Source: Methanotrichaceae archaeon (GTDB taxonomy: Archaea > Halobacteriota > Methanosarcinia > Methanotrichales > Methanotrichaceae). From it: a stretch of 64,000 nt of DNA. The DNA lies in assembly GCA_963803145.1 (NCBI GenBank), contig CAWDLW010000015.1, forward strand, positions 1-64,000. Reading direction: 5' to 3'. The notes under the pieces are model-generated. The model ran no database searches, was not told the DNA's origin, and saw only the letters and a list, made by a program, of their open reading frames with translations. Each line of letters begins with the position of its first letter. Positions within the stretch are counted from its first letter, which is position 1. Positions 41,083 to 51,975 of the stretch are shown one piece after another. The position numbers were made by a program, and so were the translations under genes.

Positions 41083-42086
41083 CTCAATCCCTGTTTAGAC
41101 TCTTGGCTCACATAGAGGAACTGCGGTGCTTTCACAAAGCTTCCTCCAGGCCTGATTGCGCTTCTCATCCTGACAAGTCTCTTGATAGGCCCCGGCAGGC
41201 TTCCCTTTATCAAAACATATTGGTTTCTTACAAGGCCGTATCCAGGGAATCCCCCAGCAGGTGTAATCTCCATGCCATCTGTGCCTATAGCCATCAGACG
41301 CTTATTGACCTCAGTCCTTTGATGGTAGCCCATCTGGCCGAGCTGTGGAACTCTCCAGCTTATATGCGCCGGATGCCAGGGTCCTAGGTTGCCCACGTGG
41401 CGCTTCTTTCCTGTTCTAGCATGCTTTCTCTTGGCGATTGCAATGCCCCAGCGCCTGACCGGTCCTTGGGTACCCTTTCCCTTTGTGACTGCTGTAACAT
41501 CCAGCATATCTCCAGTTTGGAAGACACTAGTGATCGGAACCTGCTGGCCCAGGATACTCTCTGCGAACTGAATACGCTCAGATATGCTTCTGCCGGTTAT
41601 GGGCATCTCCATAAGCTCTGGCATCTTTTTTGGAATTCCTGTTACAAGGGCCGGGTTGGTGTGTGCCAGAACCCTTACATCGGCGATGTCCTCGCCCAGC
41701 GCCTGGAGATCACCAATGGAGCTTCCATGGGTCTTTTTGGGCACCGTAATGGCTCGTATTAGATCATTGGACAGATTCTCTGCCCACGACTCGCCTGCAG
41801 GGCGCAGCCCGCCATTATAATTTTCATAAACGCGTACCGCCAGTATGTTCATGGGCGGCACCTCAAGAACAGTCACAGGAACGCTGATTTCCATGCCCTC
41901 TGTGAGACTCCTAGGTCTGTCGTCTACCATCACGACGTGAGTCATGCCGGCCTTGTAGCCAGCAAAGCCTGCAACTCGTGATTTATCTCCTTCAGACCAG
42001 CATCTTATCCTGGGGACCTCGCTCTTCGCCCGTTTCCTCGGGCTGAAGGCCAGCGAACCTCGTCTAGGTCGGTGTATATGTGCCAT
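41079..42086 (-). CDS. rpl3: 50S ribosomal protein uL3
   Basis: [14 protein letters not shown] and GYKAGMTH motifs. Confidence 0.97.
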   Translation of the reverse strand: MAHIHRPRRGSLAFSPRKRAKSEVPRIRCWSEGDKSRVAGFAGYKAGMTHVVMVDDRPRSLTEGMEISVPVTVLEVPPMNILAVRVYENYNGGLRPAGESWAENLSNDLIRAITVPKKTHGSSIGDLQALGEDIADVRVLAHTNPALVTGIPKKMPELMEMPITGRSISERIQFAESILGQQVPITSVFQTGDMLDVTAVTKGKGTQGPVRRWGIAIAKRKHARTGKKRHVGNLGPWHPAHISWRVPQLGQMGYHQRTEVNKRLMAIGTDGMEITPAGGFPGYGLVRNQYVLIKGSLPGPIKRLVRMRSAIRPGGSFVKAPQFLYVSQESKQGLR

Positions 42087-42926
42087 TTAGTCCTCCACGC
42101 GCACCAGGTTGAGCAGAGCTAACGTAGCGAAGACTGCCTCCTCTAACCTAACTGTCTCAGTTCCCTGATGCGGAATGGTGTTAATCATGCAATACTCATC
42201 CATTGCTTCTTTGCTCAAGAACGCTTCAACGCCTCGTGCGGGGGAGCCGAATACCACTGCAAGATCACGCTTCTGGCCTATTTCTCCACCGATCTTCTGT
42301 AGGATCTCCGGAGTCAGGAGCGGTCCCTTTCTGGAGGTGAGCAGCACTAAGGCCGCCATTGGTTTAAGGCAGTCCTCTAGGCTCTTCACTATCTCTGTTT
42401 CGTACCCCCAGTACTGAGGGATATCCTTCAGATCTACAGGCTCAGCGGCGAGGGGTTTCAGCGAAAAGATCCTGATGTTCAGGCGCTGCCCTACCGTATA
42501 ATTCTTCTTCGTCCGGAGGGGAATTGGGCGATCGACACCGATTTCCACCCATACGCCTTTATCAGATCCGACGCCTTCGACGACTGCTCCGACTCTGTAC
42601 TCGCCGACTTTGAGCGCTGACGTCTTTGAGTCAACGGGATGATGAGGTGTGCGGAGCGGCGGCAGTATTCCAACATGTCTCAGCTCCTCCCTTCTAGGGA
42701 TGAGTAGCTTCCGCAGGTACTGCGGCGTATCCATGTACTGCAGCACCATGCTTATGAACCTGGAATCATCGAATTCGGGATCCTTATAGATGATGATCCT
42801 GTTCATGCGGAAAACTGCGGCTGCCCTTGCGATGAGGCCGACCTTGAATGTGCGTATATGTATGTCCCGCGTCTCCATGGTTAGGGAGGATGGGATAAGG
42901 AGGGCCCTTTCGCTGCGACCTGTCAT
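42087..42926 (-). CDS. SPOUT-family RNA methyltransferase (DUF171 type)
   Basis: TPQYLRK, GILPPL and NTIPHQGTETVRLEEA motifs. Confidence 0.88.
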   Translation of the reverse strand: MTGRSERALLIPSSLTMETRDIHIRTFKVGLIARAAAVFRMNRIIIYKDPEFDDSRFISMVLQYMDTPQYLRKLLIPRREELRHVGILPPLRTPHHPVDSKTSALKVGEYRVGAVVEGVGSDKGVWVEIGVDRPIPLRTKKNYTVGQRLNIRIFSLKPLAAEPVDLKDIPQYWGYETEIVKSLEDCLKPMAALVLLTSRKGPLLTPEILQKIGGEIGQKRDLAVVFGSPARGVEAFLSKEAMDEYCMINTIPHQGTETVRLEEAVFATLALLNLVRVED

Positions 42927-43056
42927 CAGATGTCCAATTTGAAAGGAAATTACCTATATAAAAAGGTTTGTAACCTGGAACGATTAGGACAGTCAATAAT
43001 CCAATTTGTTAGCTGCGCCTTTTATCAATCGTTTCCATCCTATCCAACCGTTTCAA

Positions 43057-43641
43057 TTACGGTTCCCTCAACGGCTCAAATGTCCTCGGGTCCAGAGAGA
43101 TCTTATTTTGGCAATAGCTGCAGATGGTTTCAAGGTATGAGCCATTTCTCAGAGCATCATCCACCTCATCCTGTGGCGTGAGATACTGCGTCATCTCCTC
43201 ACAGCACTTGGGACAGGAGACCTTCAACCATTCGAGCGTGCTCAGGTCTCTTATAGTCTTTATCAGAAGACCGATCGCATCCTTATAATCGCTAGGGTTG
43301 AAGCTTATAGGCCTTAAGTGTTCTATTAAAAATGGTAACTTTGTGTTCTTCTCCAGCAGCGGAATGATCAAGAGATCTATCCCCTTAGCAAAGCCGATCT
43401 CCTGGTTGATTGTCGTGGATCTGCAGCCATCTTCGGTTAGCAGTGGAACAAGACATTCAGAGTTACGTATGCCGAAGGAGGCGCGCTCTGCATGAGATAT
43501 TCCCGGGCAGATGTTATTCATGTTTACATAGCTCTCCAAGCCAACTCTCCAGAGGGCCTGTGAAAGCTCAAGCGCCATTCCTTCATCACGCTCGCTGTGA
43601 GAAATATATATCCTCGTGATCATTGCCCATATTAATACCAT
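43057..43641 (-). CDS. TIR-like domain protein with C-terminal zinc ribbon
   Basis: IYISHS..D and NQEIGFA (TIR-like); CPKC..CSYC. Confidence 0.7.
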   Translation of the reverse strand: MVLIWAMITRIYISHSERDEGMALELSQALWRVGLESYVNMNNICPGISHAERASFGIRNSECLVPLLTEDGCRSTTINQEIGFAKGIDLLIIPLLEKNTKLPFLIEHLRPISFNPSDYKDAIGLLIKTIRDLSTLEWLKVSCPKCCEEMTQYLTPQDEVDDALRNGSYLETICSYCQNKISLDPRTFEPLREP

Positions 43642-43903
43642 CAGGCTTCAAAAAGTTATTTATTACAGCCCAGGATAAAAGTGCTAACAACAGCATAGTT
43701 GGTAATATGTCGTTCTTCATACGAAACAGGATGTCTATCAGGCTCTATCAAGCCGAAGAAATGCCAGCCGTCCCATGGCAATCCTTGATATTAGGATGCT
43801 GCCTATGAGCCTGTAATAATATTCTAACTTGCTGTAGTTGAAGGGTAACTTATAGATAATAATAAAACATGGTTATTCATTGTAATTAAAGCTGGGGGTA
43901 GAA

Positions 43904-46900
43904 ATGACAGCCGAAAACCTTTCCCAAAGGGTAATCGAGCTTTCCCAACTCTTAGAGGAACTCCATGCAATGTGCATGAGCAATTCAGCAAATGCACCCG
44001 AAATTTTATCTAAAGCCTTGGAGAGTTTGCAAGCCAGCCTTGGGGAGCTGTCAGTAACTAAGGACGAGCTGTGCCAGCAGAACGATGCATTGCGCCAGAA
44101 CGAGGAAAAGTATCGCACTATCGTTGAGACCGCCAATGAGGGCATAATCATGGTCGATACAGAATCTCGAATAACCTATGTTAATAATAGGTTTGCTGAA
44201 ATGCTTGGATATACCCCGGAGGAATTGATCGGCAGGAACTCAGTTGATTTTTATGATAAGGAATACATTGCTCTGGCATTATCAAAGCGCGAACAACGGA
44301 GACAGTCGGGCGCAAAGGATAGTTTTGAGTTCAAACTGATTCGTAAAGACGGCTCAACGCTCTGGGTGATGGTGAACACATCATCGCTACTTGATAAAGA
44401 GGGCAAGTTTGCAGGTTCTCTGGGAATGCTAACAGATATCACCGAACGCAAGCTGGCAGAAGAGGCCCTGCGGGAAAGCAAGGAGAAGTATCGTGCTATT
44501 ATTGAGACAGCCAATGACGGAATTACAATTATTCAGAATGGTATAGTGAAATATGCAAACCCATATTTAGTGAAACTATGGGGTGGAACTTTTGAGGAGA
44601 TCATCGATACATCTTTTCTAAATTATATACATTCTGATGAACGTTCTAAGGTGATGGATCAGTATACCCGGCGCATGAGAGGTGAAAGCGTTGCATCAGT
44701 ATATGAAACAACGCTCATGCGGAAAGATGGAAGCAAAGTATATGTTGAGGTACGCGGGGATGTAATTACCTTTTGCGGGATGACTGCAGATCTCGTAATA
44801 GTCCGTGATACTACTGAGCGTAAGCGTCTGGGAGAGGAACTCAAAAAATCGGAGGAAAAATCCCGATTACTTATAAAATATGCGCCCAGCATGATCTACG
44901 AGGTCGATTTTAGAGGCCCCAAGTTTGTAAGCGTCAATGATGTGATGTGCTCGGTACTAGGCTATACCCAAGAGGAGCTTCTAGCAATGAGCCCTCTTGA
45001 TCTCTTGGAAGGCGAAAGCAAAAAGATCTTTCAGGACAGGATAGAGAAGCATCTTGCAGGGGATAGACCATCCGATTCGATAGAATACACAGGTAAGGCA
45101 AAAGATGGGCGCATAGTCTATGGTCTCCTAAATATTTCGTTTACTTATGAAGATGGAAAGCCGGTAGGGGCAGTAGTAGTCGCCCATGACATTACTGAAC
45201 GCAAGCGTATGGAAGAGGAGCTTCTCAGGTCCAAAGATGAGCTAGAGCGGAGGGTTCAGGAGAGGACAGCTGAGCTAGTTTGGATGAATCAGGAGCTTGA
45301 GTCTAACATCGAAGAGCTCAAGAAGGCAGAGGGATTATTGAAGCTCCAATATGATCTGGCTGTTGCCTTGAGCTCTGCCAGAGACCTGAATGAAGCCCTG
45401 AACTTGATAATGGATACCGCCCTAAAGGTAGAAAGCATTGATGGCGGAGCCATTTATTCTGTGAATGATGATGAAAGTGTAGATCTGATGCTACGCAAAG
45501 GCCTTTCAGATGAGTTCATCCAGGGCTGCTCCCACTACGATGCAGGTTCAATACGAGCTCTTATTGTTGCGTTTGGCGAAGAGATCTACAAGGATTTCAA
45601 TACTATCTGTAAACAGCCATTTAAGGATATTCCGAAGGAGGGCTTGAGATCTACAGCAATCCTTCCTGTGAAGTATAAAGGTCGAGTGATTGCTGATCTC
45701 AACCTTGCCTCCCGAACGTATGATGAAATTCCCTTTGAAGCCCGCACAACCCTGGGGGCCATAGCTGCTTCTATAGGAAGGGTTATCGCAAGGCTCAAGG
45801 CAGAGGATGAGCTGAGGAAGGCCAAGGAGGCTGCAGAAGCAGCCTTGCGTGCCAAATCCGAGTTTCTAGCTGTCATGAGCCATGAGCTTCGCACTCCTTT
45901 GAATGGTATCCTGGGGATGGCAGGCCTGCTGGCCATGGAGAACTTGAGCTACGAGCAGCGTGAGTCTGTCGATATTATTAGAAGCAGCAGCGAATCTCTT
46001 CTGGTAGTTATAAACGATATCCTGAACTTCACCAAGATAGAGAGCGGAAAGGTAGTTCTGGAAAAGAAGACCTTCAATCTGAGAGGATGCGTCAATGATG
46101 CTGTGAACCTGCTATCTTCCAAGGCCAAAGCGAAGGGCCTGGATATCGCTTGCTCCATAGATAAAAATATTCTTGAGACTATCATAAGCGATCAGCTGAG
46201 GCTACGACAGGTTCTATTGAACCTCTTGGATAATGCCATAAAATTTACTGATAAAGGCAGGATCGATGTTTCAGTGTCAGACGGCAATCTTGAGAACGGC
46301 AGGCAAGAGATCCTTTTCTCTATCAAAGATACAGGCATCGGCATATCAGAGAATGATATTTCGAAGCTTTTCCAGCCTTTCAGCCAGGTGGATATGTCGA
46401 ATACTCGCAAGTATGGAGGCACCGGGCTCGGATTGGCCATATCAAGACAGCTCGTTGAGTTAATGGGAGGCAAAATCTGGGTGGAATCCGAGGCAGGCAA
46501 GGGTTCTACATTCCATTTCACCATAATCGCTGAAGAGCTTGATGATAATGCCTCTGATAATTCCGGGCAGGCTTCGCAGACTAATGTACTGAAGAAAGGC
46601 CCTATGGGGAAATGCCGAGTTCTACTGGCTGAGGATAACCAGATGAATCGAGCTGTGACTTTGCGCATGCTCAAGAAGCTGGGATACACAGCAGATGCGG
46701 TAGCGAGCGGCAGGGAGGCAATAGAATCTTTACATGGCCAGCACTATGATCTCATATTAATGGATGTACAGATGCCCGATACCGACGGCCTGGAGGCCGC
46801 AAAGAAAATACGAAAGCTTTGGCCTGACAATGGTCCGAGGATAATTGCTCTCACAGCGCACGCCCTCGAAGGAGATAGAGAAAGATGCATCGAGGCTGGC

Positions 46901-46987
46901 ATGGATGATTACATCGCAAAGCCGGTTGCGATAGATGAGCTGGCAGAGTTGCTGAGCAGATATCAGCCGTCAAAGAATAGCCTGTAA
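43904..46987 (+). CDS. multi-PAS/GAF hybrid sensor histidine kinase
   Basis: PAS repeats, MSHELRTPLN H-box, GGTGLGL and a C-terminal receiver. Confidence 0.95.
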   Translation: MTAENLSQRVIELSQLLEELHAMCMSNSANAPEILSKALESLQASLGELSVTKDELCQQNDALRQNEEKYRTIVETANEGIIMVDTESRITYVNNRFAEMLGYTPEELIGRNSVDFYDKEYIALALSKREQRRQSGAKDSFEFKLIRKDGSTLWVMVNTSSLLDKEGKFAGSLGMLTDITERKLAEEALRESKEKYRAIIETANDGITIIQNGIVKYANPYLVKLWGGTFEEIIDTSFLNYIHSDERSKVMDQYTRRMRGESVASVYETTLMRKDGSKVYVEVRGDVITFCGMTADLVIVRDTTERKRLGEELKKSEEKSRLLIKYAPSMIYEVDFRGPKFVSVNDVMCSVLGYTQEELLAMSPLDLLEGESKKIFQDRIEKHLAGDRPSDSIEYTGKAKDGRIVYGLLNISFTYEDGKPVGAVVVAHDITERKRMEEELLRSKDELERRVQERTAELVWMNQELESNIEELKKAEGLLKLQYDLAVALSSARDLNEALNLIMDTALKVESIDGGAIYSVNDDESVDLMLRKGLSDEFIQGCSHYDAGSIRALIVAFGEEIYKDFNTICKQPFKDIPKEGLRSTAILPVKYKGRVIADLNLASRTYDEIPFEARTTLGAIAASIGRVIARLKAEDELRKAKEAAEAALRAKSEFLAVMSHELRTPLNGILGMAGLLAMENLSYEQRESVDIIRSSSESLLVVINDILNFTKIESGKVVLEKKTFNLRGCVNDAVNLLSSKAKAKGLDIACSIDKNILETIISDQLRLRQVLLNLLDNAIKFTDKGRIDVSVSDGNLENGRQEILFSIKDTGIGISENDISKLFQPFSQVDMSNTRKYGGTGLGLAISRQLVELMGGKIWVESEAGKGSTFHFTIIAEELDDNASDNSGQASQTNVLKKGPMGKCRVLLAEDNQMNRAVTLRMLKKLGYTADAVASGREAIESLHGQHYDLILMDVQMPDTDGLEAAKKIRKLWPDNGPRIIALTAHALEGDRERCIEAGMDDYIAKPVAIDELAELLSRYQPSKNSL

Positions 46988-47174
46988 ACTTTCTTTTGAG
47001 TTGGGCCCATGTGCCGGGTAGACCTCTAGTGGACGTGATTTCCCAAGACTTCCGGCTTTATTTATGTATTATAAAAAATCCTATTAGATATCAATCCACA
47101 GTTTATTTTTAATCCATATGTTTGAAATAGAATTTATATAAGTAGTTGCTTGTAGATAAGGGGGTTTTTGGTGA

Positions 47175-47561
47175 ATGGCGATTAGCCATATGCGCATTTT
47201 GCTTGCCGATGATAATGAATCAAATCGGAAAGTAACTATGCTTATGCTGGCTCGCCTGGGCTACAAATACGATGCAGTCTCAAGCGGATTTGAGGCAATC
47301 CAGGCCGTTAGCAATAGCCATTATGATCTGGTGCTTATGGATGTAGTCATGCCTGAAATAGATGGCCTGGAAGCCACTAGGGAAATACGCAAGATTGGCC
47401 AAAATGGGCTAAAAATAATAGCAATTACAGCCTACGTTGTTCCTGGTATCAGAGAGATGTGCCTGGAAGCAGGCATGGATGATTGTATTACAAAGCCTAT
47501 TAGAATTGGGGATCTGGCAGAGGTGCTGAAGAAATACCAGACGATACGGGATGGCCCATAG
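47175..47561 (+). CDS. stand-alone response regulator (receiver)
   Basis: LLADDN, LMDVVMP and TKP motifs. Confidence 0.92.
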   Translation: MAISHMRILLADDNESNRKVTMLMLARLGYKYDAVSSGFEAIQAVSNSHYDLVLMDVVMPEIDGLEATREIRKIGQNGLKIIAITAYVVPGIREMCLEAGMDDCITKPIRIGDLAEVLKKYQTIRDGP

Positions 47562-47902
47562 CTTTCTCCTGATGCAGGGCCTGCAGACAAGGATTGCCTC
47601 ATTAGTAGCGCTATCCATATTGTGCCCGGCAGAATAATAGACTTAAGATAATCCCAGAGCAGTGGTGCCTTCAGCGTTGTTTTCTATAGGCATGGTTTTC
47701 TGGAGGTCTCTCTTAGAGTAAGGTCTAGGGATAAGTGTAAAACCAACGTGCTTTGCCCTTACGTATTGTTATTAGTCTATATATCTTACTTAACATATAC
47801 ATGTAAATAGTGCCAAGCATAGCTAATAGATATTTTGATATTATAATTTTTGAGAAAAGGTTATATAAGTTGAGGCTTACAGATTCTAAGGGGTGGGAGC
47901 TG

Positions 47903-48286
47903 ATGGCCAGAGATAGCATCAACAATGTGCACATTTTGGTCGTTGAAGATAATGCCTCTAACAGAAGAGTAGCAAAGATAATGCTCGAGCGCCTGGGCTA
48001 CAAGGCTGACGTAGTCTCGAGTGGGCTTGAGGCTATAGAGGCCGTTCGCAATAGCCATTACGACCTGGTGCTTATGGATATTGTAATGCCGGAGATGGAT
48101 GGTCTCGAAGCTTCCAGAGAAATGCGTAAGCTCGGGCAAGAGAAGCTAAAAATAATAGCAATTACTGCCTACGTTGTTCCTGGTATTATGGAGATGTGCC
48201 TAAAAGCAGGTATGGATGATTGTATTACCAAGCCCATACGTATGAAGGATCTGGAACTAGCTCTGAAAAGGATTAATCGTCCTTGA
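47903..48286 (+). CDS. stand-alone response regulator (tandem paralog)
   Basis: VVEDN and LMDIVMP motifs; similar to 47175-47561. Confidence 0.92.
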   Translation: MARDSINNVHILVVEDNASNRRVAKIMLERLGYKADVVSSGLEAIEAVRNSHYDLVLMDIVMPEMDGLEASREMRKLGQEKLKIIAITAYVVPGIMEMCLKAGMDDCITKPIRMKDLELALKRINRP

Positions 48287-48307
48287 ACAGGCAAGAATTG
48301 GATGCAT

Positions 48308-49000
48308 TTATTTGCTTTTTGCATCGTGCTTCCTCAGCATGCATACAACCTCCTCACGAGAGAGGTCGTACCAATTTCTGTAGGCATCTGCCACTGCAAA
48401 GCTATATCCCGACCTGATGTTTAGGCAGACTATCATGTCGACATAATTCGAGAGCATTTCTATTGTATTAAGAGAGGCTGTCGGAACCGCTACCACGATC
48501 ATTGCAGGCTTTCGCCTCCGAACCAGCTGGGCCGCAGCCATCATTGTATAGCCCGATGCGAGGCCATCATCCACCAATATTGCTATCTTGCCTTCGAGAT
48601 CCGGCATTGGTCTGCCCCGCCGGAAGATATTGTTCCTTGCTTCAAGCTCCGCCTTAACTGGCTCTGCAAGCTCCTCGATCTCCTCATCTGATAGCCTAAG
48701 CATTTTGACCATTGAATCGTTCAGGAGCATATCGCCCTCAAGGCTTATGGCCCCAAAGCCTGCCTCTGTGTTGCCGGGTATTGGTATCTTTCTTATTATT
48801 AGAAGATCGAATGGAAGATCTAAATATGAGGATGCAGCCAGTCCTACAGGCACGCCTCCTGATGGTATTGCCAGAACTATTGCATTTTTTCCGCGGAACT
48901 GCTCAAGCATTTTGGCGAGATGCACCCCGGCATCATCCCTGTCCTCAAATACAAAAGATTTGTTCCTAAACTCGGGATCGTCGATGACGGTAGCGGCCAT
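48308..49000 (-). CDS. phosphoribosyltransferase-family protein
   Basis: ILVDDGLASGYT PRPP-binding motif. Confidence 0.9.
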   Translation of the reverse strand: MAATVIDDPEFRNKSFVFEDRDDAGVHLAKMLEQFRGKNAIVLAIPSGGVPVGLAASSYLDLPFDLLIIRKIPIPGNTEAGFGAISLEGDMLLNDSMVKMLRLSDEEIEELAEPVKAELEARNNIFRRGRPMPDLEGKIAILVDDGLASGYTMMAAAQLVRRRKPAMIVVAVPTASLNTIEMLSNYVDMIVCLNIRSGYSFAVADAYRNWYDLSREEVVCMLRKHDAKSK

Positions 49001-49300
49001 TTAAATCATCCATGGTTGAACTATATTCAATGATTTAAGATTATGTCTGTCATAATATATAAGCGCCTTGCGGGTTACATGCTATCGTTGCATCCAATTA
49101 TCAGTAGGCAATCATCCGAGATGTTTAAATATTATGATCACTAACTATTGGTTAGTAATATCGGATAAGCAGATTAGCATGTCGCATATAAGAATTGCTA
49201 ATATAATTAAGAATTATGTCTATACCGGTCAAAATAAAGTACGATAAATCAAAAGTGCATAAGTTTAAGTTAATAAGCTCGTCTAATAAATTGGAGTCCT

Positions 49301-51658
49301 ATGCCCATTGGTGTCTATATCTGTCACTGCGGCCTAAATATCGCAGGCGTCCTGAACGTTGTTGAGCTGAGAAGCTTTGCTGAGAAGCTGCCAGACGTAG
49401 TTGTGGCCAGGGACATCCCGTTTTCATGCTCTGATATCGGCCAGGAGCAGATTCAGAAGGACATTTCCGAATACAAGCTTGACCGCATTGTTGTGGCAGC
49501 ATGTTCTCCGAGGCTACATGAGCCCACATTCAGAAGGGCTATCGCCAAGGCGGGATTGAACCCCTATATGCTTGAGATGGCTAACATCAGAGAGCAATGT
49601 TCATGGGTTCACATGGACCAGCCTGCTCAGGCGACGCAGAAGGCAAAGGATCTAATTCGCATGGCTGTGGCAAAGGCCGCGCTCCTCAAGCCTCTTGAGA
49701 CCGAAAGCATCCCAGTCAGCAAGGATGTTCTTGTGATCGGCGGAGGAGTGGCCGGAATCGCTGCAGCTTTGGATATTGCAGATGCCGGACTTCATGTTTA
49801 TCTCGTCGAGCGCAGGCCAACAATTGGCGGATACATGGCGTTGTTAACGGATGTATTTCCCACAAACGATTGCTCTATTTGCGTCCTTGCGCCGAAGATG
49901 TCTGAGGTCTTCAATCATCCCAATATTACCCTTATCACCTATGCAGAGATTCTCAATATCGAGGGCAGTGTCGGCAACTTTACTGTGACGGGCACGAGGC
50001 GAGCCAGGTTCGTCGATGAGAAGCTCTGCAAGGGCTGCATAAATGAATGCGCTGGAGTATGTCCAGTAGAAGTTCCAAGCGAGTATGATTTCGGCATAGG
50101 CAAGAGAAAAGCGATTTATGTTCCATACCCTCAGGCAGTTCCCCTCGTTGCATGTGTAGATCCAACGGCATGCATCGGCTGCGCCCTCTGCGTCGAGGCA
50201 TGTCCCGCAAAGGCCGTCAAGTTCGAGCAGGAGCCGCAGGAGTTCAAGATCAATGTTGGCGCGATAATTGTATCCACAGGGTGGCAGCCCTTCGATGCGG
50301 CTCGCAAGGAGGAGTACGGCTACGGCAGGTACAGGGATGTTATAACTACGCTTCAGCTTGAGAGGATGTTAAACGCATCGGGCCCGACGAAAGGCGAGGT
50401 TGTCAGGCCATCAACGGGAAAGATAGCTGAGTCAATAGCATTCCTTCAGTGTGTGGGCTCAAGGGATGCGACAGTTGGCAATGTTTACTGCTCCCGCATC
50501 TGCTGTATGGCGTCTCTTAAGAACGCTCAGCTTGTAAAGGAAAAATATCCTAATACAGATATTACTATTTATTATATGGATCTCAGGGCCTGCGGTGAAG
50601 GCTATGAGGAATTTTATATTCGCGCGCAGAAGCTGGGGATTAACTTTGTGCGTGCGAGAGTCTCCAGGATAGACCAGGAAAACGGCGATATCTACGTGAT
50701 CTACGAAGATACAAACACTGGTGAAATCAAGAGAATAAGGTACGATATGGCCGTTCTCTCTATAGGCCTCGAACCGGACCAGAATGCGAGCGTTCTTGGC
50801 AATCTTCTCGGACTGTCTCGAAGACCTGACAGATTCTTCGAGATTGCACACCCAAAGATGAGGCCTGTCGAGGCTCATATCGATGGAGTCTTCATCGCAG
50901 GCTGTGCATCAGGCCCAAAGGATATACAGGCATCGATTGCCCAGGGCAGCGCCGCAGCTGCAAAGGCTATCAAGCTTCTGCAGAAGGGCGAGCTTCAGCT
51001 TGAGCCGACCTCAGCATACGTAAATCAGGACTTATGCACAAAGTGCAAGCTATGTGTCGATATCTGTCCTAAGAGAGCGATATCTGTGAAAAGCCCTGCA
51101 TATGTTGACGAGGCATCCTGCAAAGGATGCGGCTCCTGTGCTGCGGCTTGCCCAGTGAATGCTATAGATATGCGGCTCTTTTCTGATGAGCAGATTCTAG
51201 CCCAAGTTCGGGCCGCAACTGAGGATAAAAGCGAATTTCCACTAATCGTTGCGTTCTTGTGCAACTGGTGCAGTTATGGTGCGGCTGATCTGGCAGGCAC
51301 CTCAAGAATACAATATCCTACGAACGCACGAAATATCCGCGTCATGTGCGCAGGCCGGGTTGATCCGAGCTTCATTCTTGAGGCATTGAAGCGGGGTGCG
51401 GATGGAGTACTTGTCGCAGGCTGCCGTCTTGGAGAGTGCCATTACCAGAAGGGCAATTACCAGGCACTTCAGAGGGTGAATGTGCTCCGCGGCGTTCTAG
51501 AAAAGATAGGCATTAATCCTGGACGCGTGAAGATAATCTGGTGTGCTGCGAGTGAAGGCGAGATCTTCGCTCGCCAACTCAAGCAGTTCGTAGACGAGCT
51601 GAGGGCAATGGGGCCGGTTGGAACTGAGCTGAAAGGCAAGGAGGCGCCGCAAGAGTGA
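49301..51658 (+). CDS. hdrA: heterodisulfide reductase subunit A fused to an MvhD domain
   Basis: GVYICHCG, ACSPR.HE, VIGGGVAG and CVGSRD motifs; C-terminal LCNWCSY..MCAGRV..GC..GECHY. Confidence 0.95.
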   Translation: MPIGVYICHCGLNIAGVLNVVELRSFAEKLPDVVVARDIPFSCSDIGQEQIQKDISEYKLDRIVVAACSPRLHEPTFRRAIAKAGLNPYMLEMANIREQCSWVHMDQPAQATQKAKDLIRMAVAKAALLKPLETESIPVSKDVLVIGGGVAGIAAALDIADAGLHVYLVERRPTIGGYMALLTDVFPTNDCSICVLAPKMSEVFNHPNITLITYAEILNIEGSVGNFTVTGTRRARFVDEKLCKGCINECAGVCPVEVPSEYDFGIGKRKAIYVPYPQAVPLVACVDPTACIGCALCVEACPAKAVKFEQEPQEFKINVGAIIVSTGWQPFDAARKEEYGYGRYRDVITTLQLERMLNASGPTKGEVVRPSTGKIAESIAFLQCVGSRDATVGNVYCSRICCMASLKNAQLVKEKYPNTDITIYYMDLRACGEGYEEFYIRAQKLGINFVRARVSRIDQENGDIYVIYEDTNTGEIKRIRYDMAVLSIGLEPDQNASVLGNLLGLSRRPDRFFEIAHPKMRPVEAHIDGVFIAGCASGPKDIQASIAQGSAAAAKAIKLLQKGELQLEPTSAYVNQDLCTKCKLCVDICPKRAISVKSPAYVDEASCKGCGSCAAACPVNAIDMRLFSDEQILAQVRAATEDKSEFPLIVAFLCNWCSYGAADLAGTSRIQYPTNARNIRVMCAGRVDPSFILEALKRGADGVLVAGCRLGECHYQKGNYQALQRVNVLRGVLEKIGINPGRVKIIWCAASEGEIFARQLKQFVDELRAMGPVGTELKGKEAPQE

Positions 51659-51975
51659 TGGATATAGAGAAGGATATGGAGGTCGAAGGCTCAGTTATCC
51701 GCTGCAAGCAGAAGACAAAGGAATCAGAAAAGAAATTGGATTACGATTACAAAAGATGTGCAGGCTGCTCCATATGTATAGATCTCTGTCCCAAGAAAGC
51801 ACTCTCAGAAGGGCCTCTGAAGGAGATCGCCAAAGGCATGGATGCGCCTCCGGTGTTGATAGATCTGGATTCATGCGTCTTTTGCGGGATGTGTGCGAAC
51901 TTCTGCCCACTGCATGCTTTTAGAATGACCATCGAGGAGAAGCCGCAGGAAGTAACAGCTACAGGAAGCGATTGA
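51655..51975 (+). CDS. 2x[4Fe-4S] ferredoxin
   Basis: Two CxxCxxCxxxCP motifs. Confidence 0.88.
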   Translation: MMDIEKDMEVEGSVIRCKQKTKESEKKLDYDYKRCAGCSICIDLCPKKALSEGPLKEIAKGMDAPPVLIDLDSCVFCGMCANFCPLHAFRMTIEEKPQEVTATGSD

